From: Acanthaster planci
Taxonomy: Eukaryota
DNA: 64,000 bases
Direction: 5' to 3'
Assembly: GCF_001949145.1 (NCBI RefSeq)
Contig: NW_019091360.1
Location: 1,981,599-2,045,598, forward strand
The position numbers were made by a program, and so were the translations under genes. Under the pieces are notes generated by a model. The model did not search any database and was not told where the DNA came from. It worked only from the letters and a program-made list of their open reading frames with translations. This document shows positions 62,288-64,000 of this stretch, piece after piece. The number at the start of each line of letters is the position of its first letter. Position 1 is the first letter of the stretch.

Positions 62288-63169
62288 GTAAGGAGATAAC
62301 CATATGAACCACATTATGCGGTCTTACATGTACATGTACAGTGGCGCACCATGCATTGTCATTGGGTAGGTTGTGACTTCACGGACTGAATATTCCAGAA
62401 ATGTACAGATTTAAAGAAAACTTGCGAGGGCATCAATGAGTCATCTACCGTTACTTTCATCAACGTGAGCCTCCCAAGAATTCTTGTCAGAAATATCCTG
62501 GAAATGAGTGCAGTTACTGTAGTGGACCAGGAAATCCTGAGGCATATGGTTTCCTTGACGAACGTCATTGAGAACTTTCAAGGATCATCACCCATCTTCG
62601 CCATATGGTGAAACGTTACCTAGTCAGCATAGTCAGCAAAATAAGGCCCGTTTGTAGAACACAACACAGTAGATAGAGCATGTTTCTTTCAGACTTCAAG
62701 TGTGAATTTACTTATTGTAGGTCTGGCAGTGTGGCGCTATGCCCTCAATGAGGCTGGGCTATCTGCCCCCCACTTAACATATTTCTAATTTGCAACAGTG
62801 CATTTTTTTCGCAAGGGGAGCCTTTAATAGTTTTTGAAGTAGTTCTTTGTAATAATTTTAACACCCAAATTGTGATTATTGAACACACGTATGGTTCTTG
62901 CGCAGCGCCCATTTTTCCGAGACGGGTCAGCAAAAATGTATACTTTCCCACTGCACTGCTCAGTGCACAAAGGCTAGCCATGTGTGGTTTTCAACTTCAA
63001 ATGACTGTAATAGCAACACCGCGTATGTCAGAACCCCGGAATGAACTGGTTTGTTTGCTTCGTAAGAGTCCACAAGGCAAAAAGTAATGGGGTGGTTGTT
63101 GAGGTTGGAGGCCCTGACCTTAAACCACAGGGAGGCCATTGCCATGTGAGTGAGTCAAATCACAAGGAT

Positions 63170-64000
63170 CTACACGTAAACTCTGGGCTATAACATTGCT
63201 CCTTCCAGCAGTGTGGACAATCTTGAGTGGATAAGGTTGCAAAATCAAACTCCACTGAAATAATCTTTGGTTCTTGGTCTTAACCTTAGACACAAGTGGG
63301 TTGTGATCAGTACAAATGATCGTTTCTCTGACACTATTTGTAATGTACACGTCATAGTGTTGTAAGGCATGAATCAAGCCCTATGCCTCATTTTCGATGG
63401 TGGAATATTTTGCTTGGTGTTTATTCAACTTCTTTGAGAAGTAACTGATTAGTTGCTCGATGCCCGATTCATCGTCTTGGAGCCAAACCGCTCCCACACC
63501 AACATGACTGGCGTCAATGGCTATTTTGAATGCCATGTTGACCTTCGGCACAGCAAGAGCGGGTTTGTTAAGATTGTCTTCAATTTCTCAAATGTATTTT
63601 GGCATGAGTCAGACCAAACAAACTTCACATTCGTCTGCAAGAGTTTAGTCAGGAGAGTACACATGTAGCAATAGTGCTGAAGTTTGGGACAAACTTTTGA
63701 ATAGCCTGACTCTTCACATTCTTCACATCAACAGCATGAATCGCCATTAATGTGTGACCAAGTTTATCAGAACAGACTTTTTGCACCTTTGAAATAGGTC
63801 TGACAAATCTCTCAATTGGTCATCGCTCAAATGGTCAAGGATTTTGTCTTAGTTGGCAAGAATTTCTGAATTTGAAAGCTGAACAGCCAGAAACTCAAGT
63901 TCAGATTTGTGGTCTCATGGTCTTGATCATTGTCGGACTCAACAACAGCTATCCCCCAGGTTGACCAGGGTTCTCACACTCGTCATATGTCTTGAGCATG
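63170..64000 (-). mobile_element. Gmr1-like Ty3/Gypsy pol remnant (integrase end, linker, RT mostly deleted, RNase H)
   Basis: MLKTY (integrase C-terminus), LSNSEILAN*DKILDHL..Q..DL, FVPNFSTIA..LTKLL..FVWSDSCQNTFEKLK, IDASHVGVGAV.LQ, ISYFSKKLNKHQAKYSTIENEA, TDHNPL, NQRLFQWSL, GRSNVIA. Confidence 0.88.

Overview
Eukaryotic, intron-containing, repeat-rich DNA from an invertebrate animal. The receptor type and TE content suggest an echinoderm or similar marine invertebrate (inference). No rRNA, tRNA or CRISPR array is visible. Only one clearly intact protein-coding gene is present: an orphan class A (rhodopsin-like) GPCR with an uninterrupted CDS at 20193-21257 (+). The left ~29 kb is relatively CpG-rich and carries small MITEs, a decayed BEL/Pao LTR retrotransposon (25.3-28.0 kb) and a Penelope-type inverted hammerhead relic (28.4-28.5 kb). 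The right ~35 kb is a cluster of decayed transposons: IS630/Tc1, a PHD-FLYWCH-MULE transposase, mariner, an L2-clade LINE, several MITEs (three in the window with apparent 5-bp TSDs), a RING-finger pseudo-exon beside an assembly gap, and a Gmr1-like Gypsy remnant. The most notable structure is a Zator-like transposase head-to-head with a coiled-coil+BEN-domain gene across a short CCAAT-rich spacer (40.7-44.0 kb), a candidate two-gene DNA transposon. The right half is also strongly enriched in TA-flanked palindromic octamers (TACATGTA etc.) that look like Tc1/mariner excision footprints. All family assignments come from motif recognition by eye; no database searches were run.
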